Assembly: GCA_048937405.1 (NCBI GenBank)
Contig: JBHLNF010000001.1
Location: forward strand, 64,001 to 128,000
Direction: 5' to 3'
DNA: 64,000 bases
From: Promethearchaeota archaeon
GTDB lineage: Archaea; Asgardarchaeota; Lokiarchaeia; Sigyniarchaeales; SOKP01
In this document: piece after piece, positions 1 through 8,970 of the stretch
How positions within the stretch are numbered: the first letter of the stretch is position 1
Layout of the letters: every line of letters begins with the position of its first letter
The notes under the pieces: model-generated
Databases searched by the model: none
What the model was told of the DNA's origin: nothing
The model's input: the letters and a program-made list of their open reading frames with translations, nothing else
Translations under genes and position numbers: made by a program

Positions 1-571
1 TATATGAATTAAAATCTTTTGATGGTGTTTCGATCAATAATAATTCTTCTTCGGGAACATACCCTAAATGAATTTTTCCATGAATAAATTTAAAGTTGTC
101 AGAAATAGGTAATTTATAGTCCATCACTAACTTAATAAAAGAAAGACATAAATCAGATTTCTGATCTTTGATAGTTTTTATTAATGAAAAATTAATTTTA
201 ATTAATGATAATAATGTATTTACTATTTTCTCATCTTTTTTAATCCTTTTATAGATAGTTAGATTAAAATTATATGCAACCAATACGGCAAATATTAGTG
301 CAAACATTAAAGAATAGAGAATGTTAAAAAATATGAGTCCAAAATTAATAATGAAAATGAACAGGAAGAATAGTAAACTAATAATATTGATAAAAATGAA
401 AAAAGTTGCTTTGCAAACATCTACTTCATCTAAATTATACTTAATTTTATATTGCTTTTTATATTCTTCAGGAATTTGTTTGAAGCGGAGTAAGGGAAAA
501 TTATGCTTTTGAAAATAATTGCAGAATCTAATATATTTCTTCAATTTGTTATCTTCAAAATCATTTAACAT
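1..571 (-). CDS. Type II secretion system F / TadC-FlaJ-like pilus platform membrane protein (5' part; runs off window)
   Basis: Not in the ORF track. ATG at 571 opens a frame to the window edge: MLNDFEDNKLKKYIRF..., two TM helices, then PISDNFKFIHGKIHLGYVPEEELLLIETPSKDFNSY, resembling the T2SSF motif 'S.EF..I...I..G...EEAL.....TPS..F'. Lies directly downstream of a pilin. Confidence 0.55.
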   Translation of the reverse strand, partial: MLNDFEDNKLKKYIRFCNYFQKHNFPLLRFKQIPEEYKKQYKIKYNLDEVDVCKATFFIFINIISLLFFLFIFIINFGLIFFNILYSLMFALIFAVLVAYNFNLTIYKRIKKDEKIVNTLLSLIKINFSLIKTIKDQKSDLCLSFIKLVMDYKLPISDNFKFIHGKIHLGYVPEEELLLIETPSKDFNSY

Positions 572-632
572 CACAATTTCACTTGAATATGTGACTTATT
601 CCTTTATTTATTTAAATAGGAAACTTGAATAA

Positions 633-1016
633 TTAACACTTTAACTCGATAATGTTAAGAGGGATTTTATATTTAACCTGCGCTAGGACTACTTTTGAAA
701 GTAAAGGAGTTTTATCTAATATAGCAATAGTAGCAGCATTACATTTATTCTGAATAGAAATTGTTTCTTGTATTTTATTTTGCGAAATCGAAATTGCTTC
801 ATTTTCTTTAGAATTACCATCTGATGTGAATAGGTCTATAAAACCTTCTTTCGCTTTAGTAAACTGTGCTATAGCAAAAACCAAAAGAAGTCCGATAATA
901 ATTACTGTGATAGCTAATACTAATACTTGGTTTATAATTTCTCCTCCAGATTCATTCTTTTTAAAGCTTTTATACTTCCTTTTAACTTTTTCTAAAAAAT
1001 TTCTCATTCTTAACAT
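633..1016 (-). CDS. Type IV/Flp-like prepilin with class III signal peptide
   Basis: Basic leader (KVKRKYKSFKKNESG) ending in Gly, followed directly by a hydrophobic helix GEIINQVLVLAITVIIIGLLLVFAIA. An A24 peptidase lies 1.3 kb away. Confidence 0.75.
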   Translation of the reverse strand: MLRMRNFLEKVKRKYKSFKKNESGGEIINQVLVLAITVIIIGLLLVFAIAQFTKAKEGFIDLFTSDGNSKENEAISISQNKIQETISIQNKCNAATIAILDKTPLLSKVVLAQVKYKIPLNIIELKC

Positions 1017-1148
1017 ATATGTTATTTTTTAAAGGATATTTTAAAGAGAACGTTTTTTAAAGTTTGGGATGGATTAGAACTTCAAATTATCAATAGTTAA
1101 ATTGTAATTTCGTGAGGTTTTTTAATACCTTCATTAAGAAAAGGTTAG

Positions 1149-1703
1149 ATGATAGACATAATTCACATTAATTCTAGCGGAAAATTGCTTTTCATTATTT
1201 TTACCATGATTCCAATTCTTTTTTACCTGATGTGGAGGAGTGGTTTTAATTTTGGAAAGGTAAAAATTCTGATGATTCTATCCAATATCGTAGCATTTTA
1301 TTTTTATTTTTCTTCGTCTGAACACCTCTTTTTCTTTGCTCTATCATTGAGTAATATAATTGGAACTCTATTATTTTTAAATTTATTGTTCTTTTCTTCC
1401 ATTTTTACTATAATAGTTCTAACAATACGCTCTAATCAAAATTTGGGTGAAACTTCTCAAGTTATAATTAAAAAAGAAAAAATACATGACTTTACACCTT
1501 TACCAGATTGGGATAATAAAAGAGATCTCGAATTATCAACAAGGATGGAGCTAGAATCTTATAATGAGAAAAATAGTGTAGAGGATAATCTTGAGAATTA
1601 TAGAGAGGTGTCAAAAATTGAGTACTCCAATGATGAGTTTCAGAAATTTATAAATAATTTATTTAAAAACCAAAAGACACATCAGAAAGATCAGAAAATC
1701 TAA
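1149..1703 (+). CDS. Hypothetical membrane protein (about 3 TM plus charged C-terminal tail)
   Basis: 184-aa ORF with a hydrophobic N-half; no family recognised. Confidence 0.55.
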   Translation: MIDIIHINSSGKLLFIIFTMIPILFYLMWRSGFNFGKVKILMILSNIVAFYFYFSSSEHLFFFALSLSNIIGTLLFLNLLFFSSIFTIIVLTIRSNQNLGETSQVIIKKEKIHDFTPLPDWDNKRDLELSTRMELESYNEKNSVEDNLENYREVSKIEYSNDEFQKFINNLFKNQKTHQKDQKI

Positions 1704-1713
1704 AATTTAGCGT

Positions 1714-2253
1714 TTAAAATTTAGAATTAACATAACTTAGCATTAAAGGTAGACCAAAAAAAAAAGCTAACATAAAAAAACCTATGAAATAAAAAAATCC
1801 TTTAGTTTTCTTTCCTTGCATGAATTTTTTAAAAATGGCATAATAAAGTCCTAAAATAGATAAAATTAATGATAGATATGAAACTGTAGCAGTTCCCAAT
1901 GAAATAAATAAGATATGACCTGTTCCAAAGGAAGCTTGACGTAACTTAAATACATCCATAATGCTTATAAAAGGTGAATAAGGCAAAATTGAACAACAAA
2001 ATGAAAGTATGATTTGAAAAATACTGAAAAGTGACAGTACTGATAATGATCCAAGTATTAAAACACCATATTTGCATTTTATATCTACTTTTTTCACACG
2101 TAATTTTAAATTATCTTGTCCAATCTCAAACTTCTGAGACGCGTTAATTAAATGGTTAGCCATTAAGAAAAAAATTATAGATAAACATATGTGTGACCAA
2201 GCAAAGAAGTTATATAAAAAATCATTAATATAATAGAAAATACCCTGAAACAT
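1714..2253 (-). CDS. Hypothetical 4-TM membrane protein, possibly pilus-associated
   Basis: Four hydrophobic segments; 33 bp downstream of, and co-oriented with, the prepilin peptidase. Confidence 0.55.
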   Translation of the reverse strand: MFQGIFYYINDFLYNFFAWSHICLSIIFFLMANHLINASQKFEIGQDNLKLRVKKVDIKCKYGVLILGSLSVLSLFSIFQIILSFCCSILPYSPFISIMDVFKLRQASFGTGHILFISLGTATVSYLSLILSILGLYYAIFKKFMQGKKTKGFFYFIGFFMLAFFFGLPLMLSYVNSKF

Positions 2254-2286
2254 ATTAAATATAAATACAAAAATAACTATTTAAGT

Positions 2287-2856
2287 TCAGATAATAAAAA
2301 ATAACCATATAGTCACTGTTATATATGAGAAAAAGATAGGTAAGACTATTGGTAAAATATGTTTCTTTCTTAATGTTCTCAATTGCTTATTTTTAAAATT
2401 ATGTGAGCAATCATCAAATATTACATTGTGCATCATCTTATAGACAATTTCGCTATTCTCACAATTTTTCATCTTATTTTTAAGAAAATAATTGATTATC
2501 AAAAAAAGTAATAAAAAACAACCAAACACAAGGAAGAAATATTTTAAGAAATGGAAAATATAAATAAAGGGAAGAGAATGAAATAGAAGAATCAAAACTT
2601 TACCATCTCCTCCACCTAACAATCTAAAAACAAATAATGTTAAAGTAAGTAAAAAAATAAATGAGAAAATCAATGATTTAATAAAAATATACCAAATTAT
2701 TGTATCTAAATAGATATAGCCTTCTAATGTAATAAAAACAAATGTAATTAGCAAATATATTTTCAGAAATTTATTTGGGATTCTTCGATAAGTCAAGTCG
2801 AAATAAACACAGACAATCAGAAATAAAAAAATTGAAACGAGATTAACTAAATACAT
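2287..2856 (-). CDS. Prepilin peptidase, A24 family (short TadV/CpaA/PibD-like)
   Basis: Both catalytic Asp motifs present (YFDLTYRRIPN and LGGGDGKVL); polytopic; no N-terminal Zn/methyltransferase domain. Confidence 0.85.
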   Translation of the reverse strand: MYLVNLVSIFLFLIVCVYFDLTYRRIPNKFLKIYLLITFVFITLEGYIYLDTIIWYIFIKSLIFSFIFLLTLTLFVFRLLGGGDGKVLILLFHSLPFIYIFHFLKYFFLVFGCFLLLFLIINYFLKNKMKNCENSEIVYKMMHNVIFDDCSHNFKNKQLRTLRKKHILPIVLPIFFSYITVTIWLFFII

Positions 2857-2966
2857 TAAAATTACTATTTTTTTTTATGATTTGTTATTGGAATTCAATT
2901 ATTTAAATTACTAAATTAATTCATTATAAAAGGAATCAATTAGAAGCCTTACGAAAGAGTTTTTTA

Positions 2967-3878
2967 TTACATTTTTAGTTTTAATTTTTCCCGAATCAAT
3001 TTGTAATAATTTCTTAAGGTTACTTCAGTAACTCCAGCAATAATGGATATTTCATTTTGACTTCTCCTTTCATTATTAATTAAACACGCACAATACAAAG
3101 CTGAAGAAGCTAAACTTCGAGGACTTTTTCCACTGAAATTTATTTTCTTTTCCAACATTTTTAAGATATTAATTGCTTGAGTTCCTGTTTGCCATGAAAG
3201 AGATAGTTTTGAAACATAGAGAGGAATCCAATCTTGAGGTTTAGGGGGAGGAAATTTTAAATTAAGTTCTCTCTGAATTATTTCAACGTATTTTTTTATA
3301 GTTTTCAAATTTAAATTAGTTATATTATTTAATAATTGGATAACTGCATTTCTTTTATTCAACTTTAAAACAACATAAAGTGAGGCAATAATCATTCCAT
3401 TTATTGAACGCCCTTTAAGTATAACCTTTTGAATTATCTTTCTGTAGTAATAAGCTGCTTTTTCTTTAATATCATTAGTTAAAGATAATTGAGAGCAAAT
3501 GAGTTCTAAGATATTCATTGCATAAGAGAGATTTTTATTTATTGATTTTTTAAATTTTGTTCGTTCTTGCCATTTTCTCAATCTATAAAGTTCTGATTGT
3601 TTTTTTGGACTTATATAAACTCCAGAGGCATCTTTATTTTCCTTTCCTATCATTGTAGTTAGTCCTTTATCAAATAAAGATAAAATTATTTTAGGTCCTA
3701 CTCGTGTCCTTTTTTTGTGTTCTTCTGGAGTAAAAGAACGCCATTCTGGACCAGGATCAATAAAATATTCTTGGACAACAACTCCACAATTTTTACATAC
3801 AACTTGACCTCTAAAGTAGTCTGTGATAAATATTGTATTTCTACACTCTGGACATGAATTTTTCTCTGATGTTGGCAT
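2967..3878 (-). CDS. tfb: Transcription initiation factor IIB (TFB)
   Basis: Zn ribbon CPEC..CKNCG, B-reader IDPGPEWRSF, DKGLTTMIG, LYRLRKWQ, two cyclin repeats, C-terminal HTH SQNEISIIAGVTEVTLRN. Confidence 0.93.
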   Translation of the reverse strand: MPTSEKNSCPECRNTIFITDYFRGQVVCKNCGVVVQEYFIDPGPEWRSFTPEEHKKRTRVGPKIILSLFDKGLTTMIGKENKDASGVYISPKKQSELYRLRKWQERTKFKKSINKNLSYAMNILELICSQLSLTNDIKEKAAYYYRKIIQKVILKGRSINGMIIASLYVVLKLNKRNAVIQLLNNITNLNLKTIKKYVEIIQRELNLKFPPPKPQDWIPLYVSKLSLSWQTGTQAINILKMLEKKINFSGKSPRSLASSALYCACLINNERRSQNEISIIAGVTEVTLRNYYKLIREKLKLKM

Positions 3879-4217
3879 TTTTAATAATTTAAAAACAATT
3901 TTAAAACACCTAAATGAAAGCGATTTAAAATGAAATCTGATTTTTTACTTAAAAACTGCTCGAAAAGTTAACTTTACTAAGTTCATGTAAAATTTTACAT
4001 CGATTTATTGAAAATAAATGAGAATTTTGACGTATTTTTCTCAAATTAATGTCTAAAGCATAATTTATACAAATTTACTTTCAATCACCTCTCATTCTCT
4101 AAGGTTCTAAATTTCACTTTATTGGTTGAAAAATAAATTTGAAAGTACCAAGTTTTCAAGAAACTGAGATAAAAAACAGGTAGTATTTATACCTTAAAAT
4201 AAAAATTTGGTGTCAAA

Positions 4218-5249
4218 ATGGTAATTGAAAAAAAAGATCAATCAATTTATGATAATTGCCCGGAATGTGGTGGCGAGTTAATATCGAACAGTTTTGAGAA
4301 AATTTGTAGGGCTTGTGGACTAGTAACTGAAAATCTACTTAAAGAAAGCTCTTTTCTTTTCAATGATCTAGAAGATCAGAGAAAATTAAGTAAACAATAT
4401 GTAGCTCTAGGTGAAAGGCCTGACTTTATAGGAGGGTTGGGATCATTTATAGACTATGAAGGATCTAAATATCTAAAAGATAAGGATGGTAGGCTCTTAT
4501 CACCTGAAGAACAAAAATTATTTAGAAGGCTAAAAAAAAATTATGCTCAATTTCTTCATATTAAAAATCACGAAACTGAGTACAGAATCTTCAATATCTT
4601 GAACAAAATTTCATTATCTCTCAATCTTAATAAAAACATCAGAAATAATGCTGCTTATTATTACAAAAAAATAGTTAAAAAAGAGCAAAAAGTTATCAAC
4701 AATATTTCGTTAATTGCTTTTTGTATATTTTATGCTGTACGGAAGGAATATCATAATGCCCCTATAACTATTAATGAAATAGCTGAAGCGTTTCAAACTT
4801 TTGGTCACCGTGTAAATCCCAGATTAATCATGAGAGATGGAATTAGATATAAACATCATTTAAAGAATGCTACTACTCCACATAAAAGTGAAGATTATCT
4901 CACAAGATTAATTGATCAAGTTATTAAACATAAAGATACTACCGAAAGGCTAAATAAAAAGGGAATAAATTGGTCAATTCAGGAATTTCATAATAAATTA
5001 ATGATAAAATGTCGAAAAATTTTAAAAGAACTACCTTTTAGTAAAAGAGGGGGGAGAAATCCATTTATTTTGACAGGAGCGATTATATATCTTGCTGATA
5101 AACTATTAGCAAAAGATTATTCCCAAAAAGGACTATTAACACAATGGTTAGTATCTGATGCTACTAAGATTCCTGAATACTCTATCCGAGACCACTATGT
5201 GAATTTATTAAAACCAATTTTTCTAAAAAAAGAGTGTTTATGTAAATAA
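4218..5249 (+). CDS. Divergent TFB paralog
   Basis: Zn ribbon CPECGG..CRACGLV, GLGSFID/KDKDGRLL linker, cyclin repeats (AAYYYKK; GRNPFILTGAIIYLA), HTH TQWLVSDATKIPEYSIRDHY; lacks the GPEWR B-reader. Confidence 0.85.
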   Translation: MVIEKKDQSIYDNCPECGGELISNSFEKICRACGLVTENLLKESSFLFNDLEDQRKLSKQYVALGERPDFIGGLGSFIDYEGSKYLKDKDGRLLSPEEQKLFRRLKKNYAQFLHIKNHETEYRIFNILNKISLSLNLNKNIRNNAAYYYKKIVKKEQKVINNISLIAFCIFYAVRKEYHNAPITINEIAEAFQTFGHRVNPRLIMRDGIRYKHHLKNATTPHKSEDYLTRLIDQVIKHKDTTERLNKKGINWSIQEFHNKLMIKCRKILKELPFSKRGGRNPFILTGAIIYLADKLLAKDYSQKGLLTQWLVSDATKIPEYSIRDHYVNLLKPIFLKKECLCK

Positions 5250-5594
5250 AAATGCAAAATTGAAAATTAAAAGAAGCTTTAGACATTATTAGAGTATGAA
5301 AAATTAGAACTTAGATGTTCTATATACGAAAAAAACTTTTTTTAAAGAAATATTAATCAAAATTTTAAAAAGAGTAATGTCCTACTTGATTATATCTTTA
5401 TTAGGACATTAACAAAAACATATGGAAGTTTATATATATCTTTGACTTATTTAATTTTGATAAAAAGTAAAATATTGAGAGGATGAAGAGTTCTATAAAT
5501 TTCGGAAAAATTTTGCCGATTTAAATGATCACTATTAACCTTTTTTGAATCCTTCCTGCCTTCAATATTTTCTTTTATCAAATATTAGAAATGA

Positions 5595-6314
5595 CTATTC
5601 AATTAAAGACTTTAATATCTTTATTTTTATTTCGGCATGTTCATTACAAGGTTCAGTAATTAATATAGTCTCATAACAATCAAATGCACTTTCAAAATCT
5701 TCCAATTCAATATATAAATTTCCCAATTTATCTAATAGAATCTCACTATAAGAAAAAATATCTAATGCTTCTTTTATAATTTCAATTGCATTATTTAATT
5801 TCCCTAATCGTTCGTAACATTTTGCCAAATTATAGTAAGCTTCGAAATCAAACATATCTACTGATAAAGCTGCTTCATAATATTCTATTGCTATTTGATA
5901 CTCAAATATATAACTATAAAAGTTTCCTAAATTATAGAGTGCAGGAGCGTTTTGACTGTCTCTTTTTAATACTTCTTGAAAACAGCTTATAGCATCATTA
6001 AATTTTTCTAATCCAAAATATATTAATCCTAAATTAAACCAGACATCTAGAAATTCAGGATTTATTTCAGAACATTGTTTCCAATACTTTATAGCTTTAT
6101 TACTAACTCCTATTCTAGCATAAATTACTCCTAAATTAAATAATGCTCTTAAATTTGAAGAATCAATTTCTAAGACATCAGAGTATTTATTGATAGCAAC
6201 ACCATAATCTTTTAAATCTATAGAAATATCCCCCATTTTCATTAAATCTTTGATCCTTAATCTGATTGTTTTATTATTTCTTAATCTTTCTAATTCGGTT
6301 ATTTTTTCCACCAT
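5595..6314 (-). CDS. Tetratricopeptide repeat protein
   Basis: About 6 TPR units (ALFNLGVIY, VWFNLGLIY, ALYNLGNFY, AYYNLAKCY). Confidence 0.9.
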   Translation of the reverse strand: MVEKITELERLRNNKTIRLRIKDLMKMGDISIDLKDYGVAINKYSDVLEIDSSNLRALFNLGVIYARIGVSNKAIKYWKQCSEINPEFLDVWFNLGLIYFGLEKFNDAISCFQEVLKRDSQNAPALYNLGNFYSYIFEYQIAIEYYEAALSVDMFDFEAYYNLAKCYERLGKLNNAIEIIKEALDIFSYSEILLDKLGNLYIELEDFESAFDCYETILITEPCNEHAEIKIKILKSLIE

Positions 6315-6451
6315 AATTTCATCCTAATATAGTTAATATTATTGATAAAGATCTTTCAAATAGTTTTATTTAAAGAAAAAATGATCATGGTAAGTCAAAA
6401 TTTTGAGTGAATTTTTTTTTTTAAAAAGAATGATATTATTTTCTCTATATA

Positions 6452-7162
6452 ATGGCGGTTGAAGATTTTAAAGAATGTTCAATTTGTTTTGAAAAATTGG
6501 AAATCCCTCAAAATGATTTTAAACCAAAATTCAGTATAGGAACAATATGTAGAAAATGTTTTGATAATTTTACTCCTCAAGAAAATGAGATTTTAATTCA
6601 TGCTTTTAATGTAGCACGTGGAATATTTCAATTCAATGAGAAATGCATTAACGCTATAAAAGATGTGCTTTTTGATGTTCAGTCTGAATTAAAAACTAAT
6701 AAAAAAAGATCAATCAGCCTACAGGGCATTTTTCAGAAAATTCTAATCCGATCTCAGGTTTATGGACTTAAACTAAATATTTTTTTTAATTTAAACTATC
6801 ATTTCTTTCAAAATCAATCAAGGAAATCAAATTGTGATATTTGTAATCAAAAAATAACAGAAGTTGAAGATAATAAGGATTATGGATTAAATAATCAGAG
6901 AGTCTGTGAAAATTGTATTCAAAAATTTACTGATGATGAGATTAATACTATGATTTCATTAATTAAGAAATATGGTGGATATTTTAATGAAATAAAGGAA
7001 AATAAAGTTACTATCAAGCAAATCTTAGAAAACATGCTTTTTAACCTAAAAAATGAAGAAGATTTTTCAGAAATGATAGAAATCAATGAAAAAGCATTGC
7101 ATTTTGCTTTGCTTTATGGTTACCATCCCAAGCTCTTTATAGAGGAATTAAAGAAGCGCTAG
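6452..7162 (+). CDS. Hypothetical protein with two tandem Zn-finger plus helical modules
   Basis: CSIC..CRKC..FT..E and CDIC..CENC..FT..E, each followed by G.F and a final YG motif; internal duplication. Confidence 0.7.
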   Translation: MAVEDFKECSICFEKLEIPQNDFKPKFSIGTICRKCFDNFTPQENEILIHAFNVARGIFQFNEKCINAIKDVLFDVQSELKTNKKRSISLQGIFQKILIRSQVYGLKLNIFFNLNYHFFQNQSRKSNCDICNQKITEVEDNKDYGLNNQRVCENCIQKFTDDEINTMISLIKKYGGYFNEIKENKVTIKQILENMLFNLKNEEDFSEMIEINEKALHFALLYGYHPKLFIEELKKR

Positions 7163-7376
7163 GAAATGCAATAAGCTATATTTATTTAATTGAAACAGGA
7201 TTAAGTTCAAATCCATTATTGTTAAGGGAAATTGTAATATATTAGGTCTTACTCAGTTTTTTTCTTAAGAATTGTTAATTAATCAGTTTAAATTCTCTTC
7301 ATAAACACACACCATAGGTTCTACGATTGTATAATTATTATTAATGATCTTGAATTTCTTTTATCTTAAAATTAGT

Positions 7377-8381
7377 TCATATTCTTTTCTTTTTATTATA
7401 ATAAACAAAAATTAAAATGCTAGCTCCACACAATATTCCTACAAAAACCATAGTCCCTATCATAAATTCAGTGGGGATATTGTAAGTTGTATTTGATGTC
7501 TTTGAGTTATTAGTTTGATTTGGATCAATTGGTCCTGATATTTTATAGCTATTAATTATCGCAAAACCTATATTTACATAGTCAACTTGACAATATAATC
7601 TAATCTTTAAAGTGTAAAGACCTTCATTGGCGGTTCCAAAATAAAATTCATTCATTTCATTGATATTACATACTGATTCCTTTGAATAGATCTCAAATTC
7701 CACTTCTGTTGGATCAGTTAGATTAATATCAATCTGTAAATCTATATTCTTTAAATGAGAGATTGAAGAAACTCTTCCAAAATAAAATAGATACATTATA
7801 TCATTATCAAGTTGGATATTTTGTTCGATATATTGATTTTTATGAAATTTTAGTACATCATAGGATGTAATATTATCAATCTCCTGCCTACTTAATTTGT
7901 CATAAAGAACTTTTTGGTCTTTTCTAACATTGATTAAAATATTGGCATTGAAAGTAGTTTGCACATAAAATTCCAAGGTATAATTTCCAGTTAATGCCGT
8001 ACCGAAAGGAATTTCATACTTACGTTCATTTTCAGATTCATAAGACATTTTATTTTCAAAAATATCATAGAGACTGTTTTCTGGATCCCTAATTCTAATC
8101 TTTATTGATGAAACATTGTGAGTGGTGATTAATTCAATAGAAATATTATAATTATAACACTCCTCCAAAGATAAATTATTAAATATTAGGATATCATTTG
8201 GAGCGACAAATGTGAAAATACCCTCTGGTAATTCTGAGTTAGGAACTGCTTGTGATCCGTTAAGATTCTCTTCTAAGATTTTTTTATGACTAACAAAATA
8301 TATATTTAGATAAATATAGGAATTAGCTAAGATTATTACTATAAAGATAATTTCGATAATTTTTTTTCTCAATCTGAACAA
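7377..8381 (-). CDS. Type I membrane surface protein with two PPC/GOLD-like beta-sandwich repeats
   Basis: N-terminal signal/TM; repeats IRDPE..FGTALTGNYTL and LTDPT..FGTANEGLYTL; C-terminal TM and KKKRI tail; TTG start. Confidence 0.65.
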   Translation of the reverse strand: MFRLRKKIIEIIFIVIILANSYIYLNIYFVSHKKILEENLNGSQAVPNSELPEGIFTFVAPNDILIFNNLSLEECYNYNISIELITTHNVSSIKIRIRDPENSLYDIFENKMSYESENERKYEIPFGTALTGNYTLEFYVQTTFNANILINVRKDQKVLYDKLSRQEIDNITSYDVLKFHKNQYIEQNIQLDNDIMYLFYFGRVSSISHLKNIDLQIDINLTDPTEVEFEIYSKESVCNINEMNEFYFGTANEGLYTLKIRLYCQVDYVNIGFAIINSYKISGPIDPNQTNNSKTSNTTYNIPTEFMIGTMVFVGILCGASILIFVYYNKKKRI

Positions 8382-8511
8382 TTTTCGTTTTTTATTAGAA
8401 ATTTATTATTTTCTTATTTATTCATCTTATTTAAAGGAAAAATGAAGAATGGGTGTGTACAAAATTCAGTGATTTGAAGTCCTCTTGATATAAAAATATA
8501 CCCAATTTGAT

Positions 8512-8952
8512 ATGATTAAAATTTGTGATTTACACATCCATAGTAAATTCTCGGGTGAAGCAAGTAAAAATATTGATATTTTTAAAATAGCTAATAATTA
8601 TAGGCTTAAAGGAATAGATATTGTAGGAATAGGTGATTGTCTTCATCCATTATGGAGAATAGAATTAACTAATAATTTTATTGAATACTTGGATGATGTA
8701 TTTTTTACTCCAAAATTGCCAAATATATTCTTTTTCTTACAATCAGAAATTGAAGCAATTTGGAGCAATAATTCAAGTGTTAAAAAGGTTCACTTCATTC
8801 TTCTATTTCCAAACTTTGACAAATAAATAATAGATTCTCTTAATTTTTCAAAGATTGGAAATTTGGATAGGGAAGGTAGACCCAAAATTTACATTTCTGC
8901 TGAAAAATTAATTATTGGTTTAAAATCGATAGATAAAGACACAGAAATTATT
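8512..8952 (+). pseudogene. Truncated duplicate of the endonuclease Q gene (29301..30500)
   Basis: Closely similar to the 5' part of the intact copy (MIKICDLHIHSK...). The TAA at 8824-8826 lies in an inverted 32-bp segment; similarity resumes (GNLDREGRPKIYISAEKLIIGLKSID) and stops near 8950. Confidence 0.9.
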
Positions 8953-8970
8953 TATTTTTCAATTTGATTT

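Noticed and set aside
321-512. Track ORF on the plus strand
   Set aside because: Antisense shadow of the longer TadC-like frame on the minus strand.
1025-1062. Three TTTTAAAG copies upstream of the pilin
   Set aside because: Irregular spacing (12 and 16 bp) and low complexity in very AT-rich DNA; cannot be distinguished from chance or TATA-like sequence.
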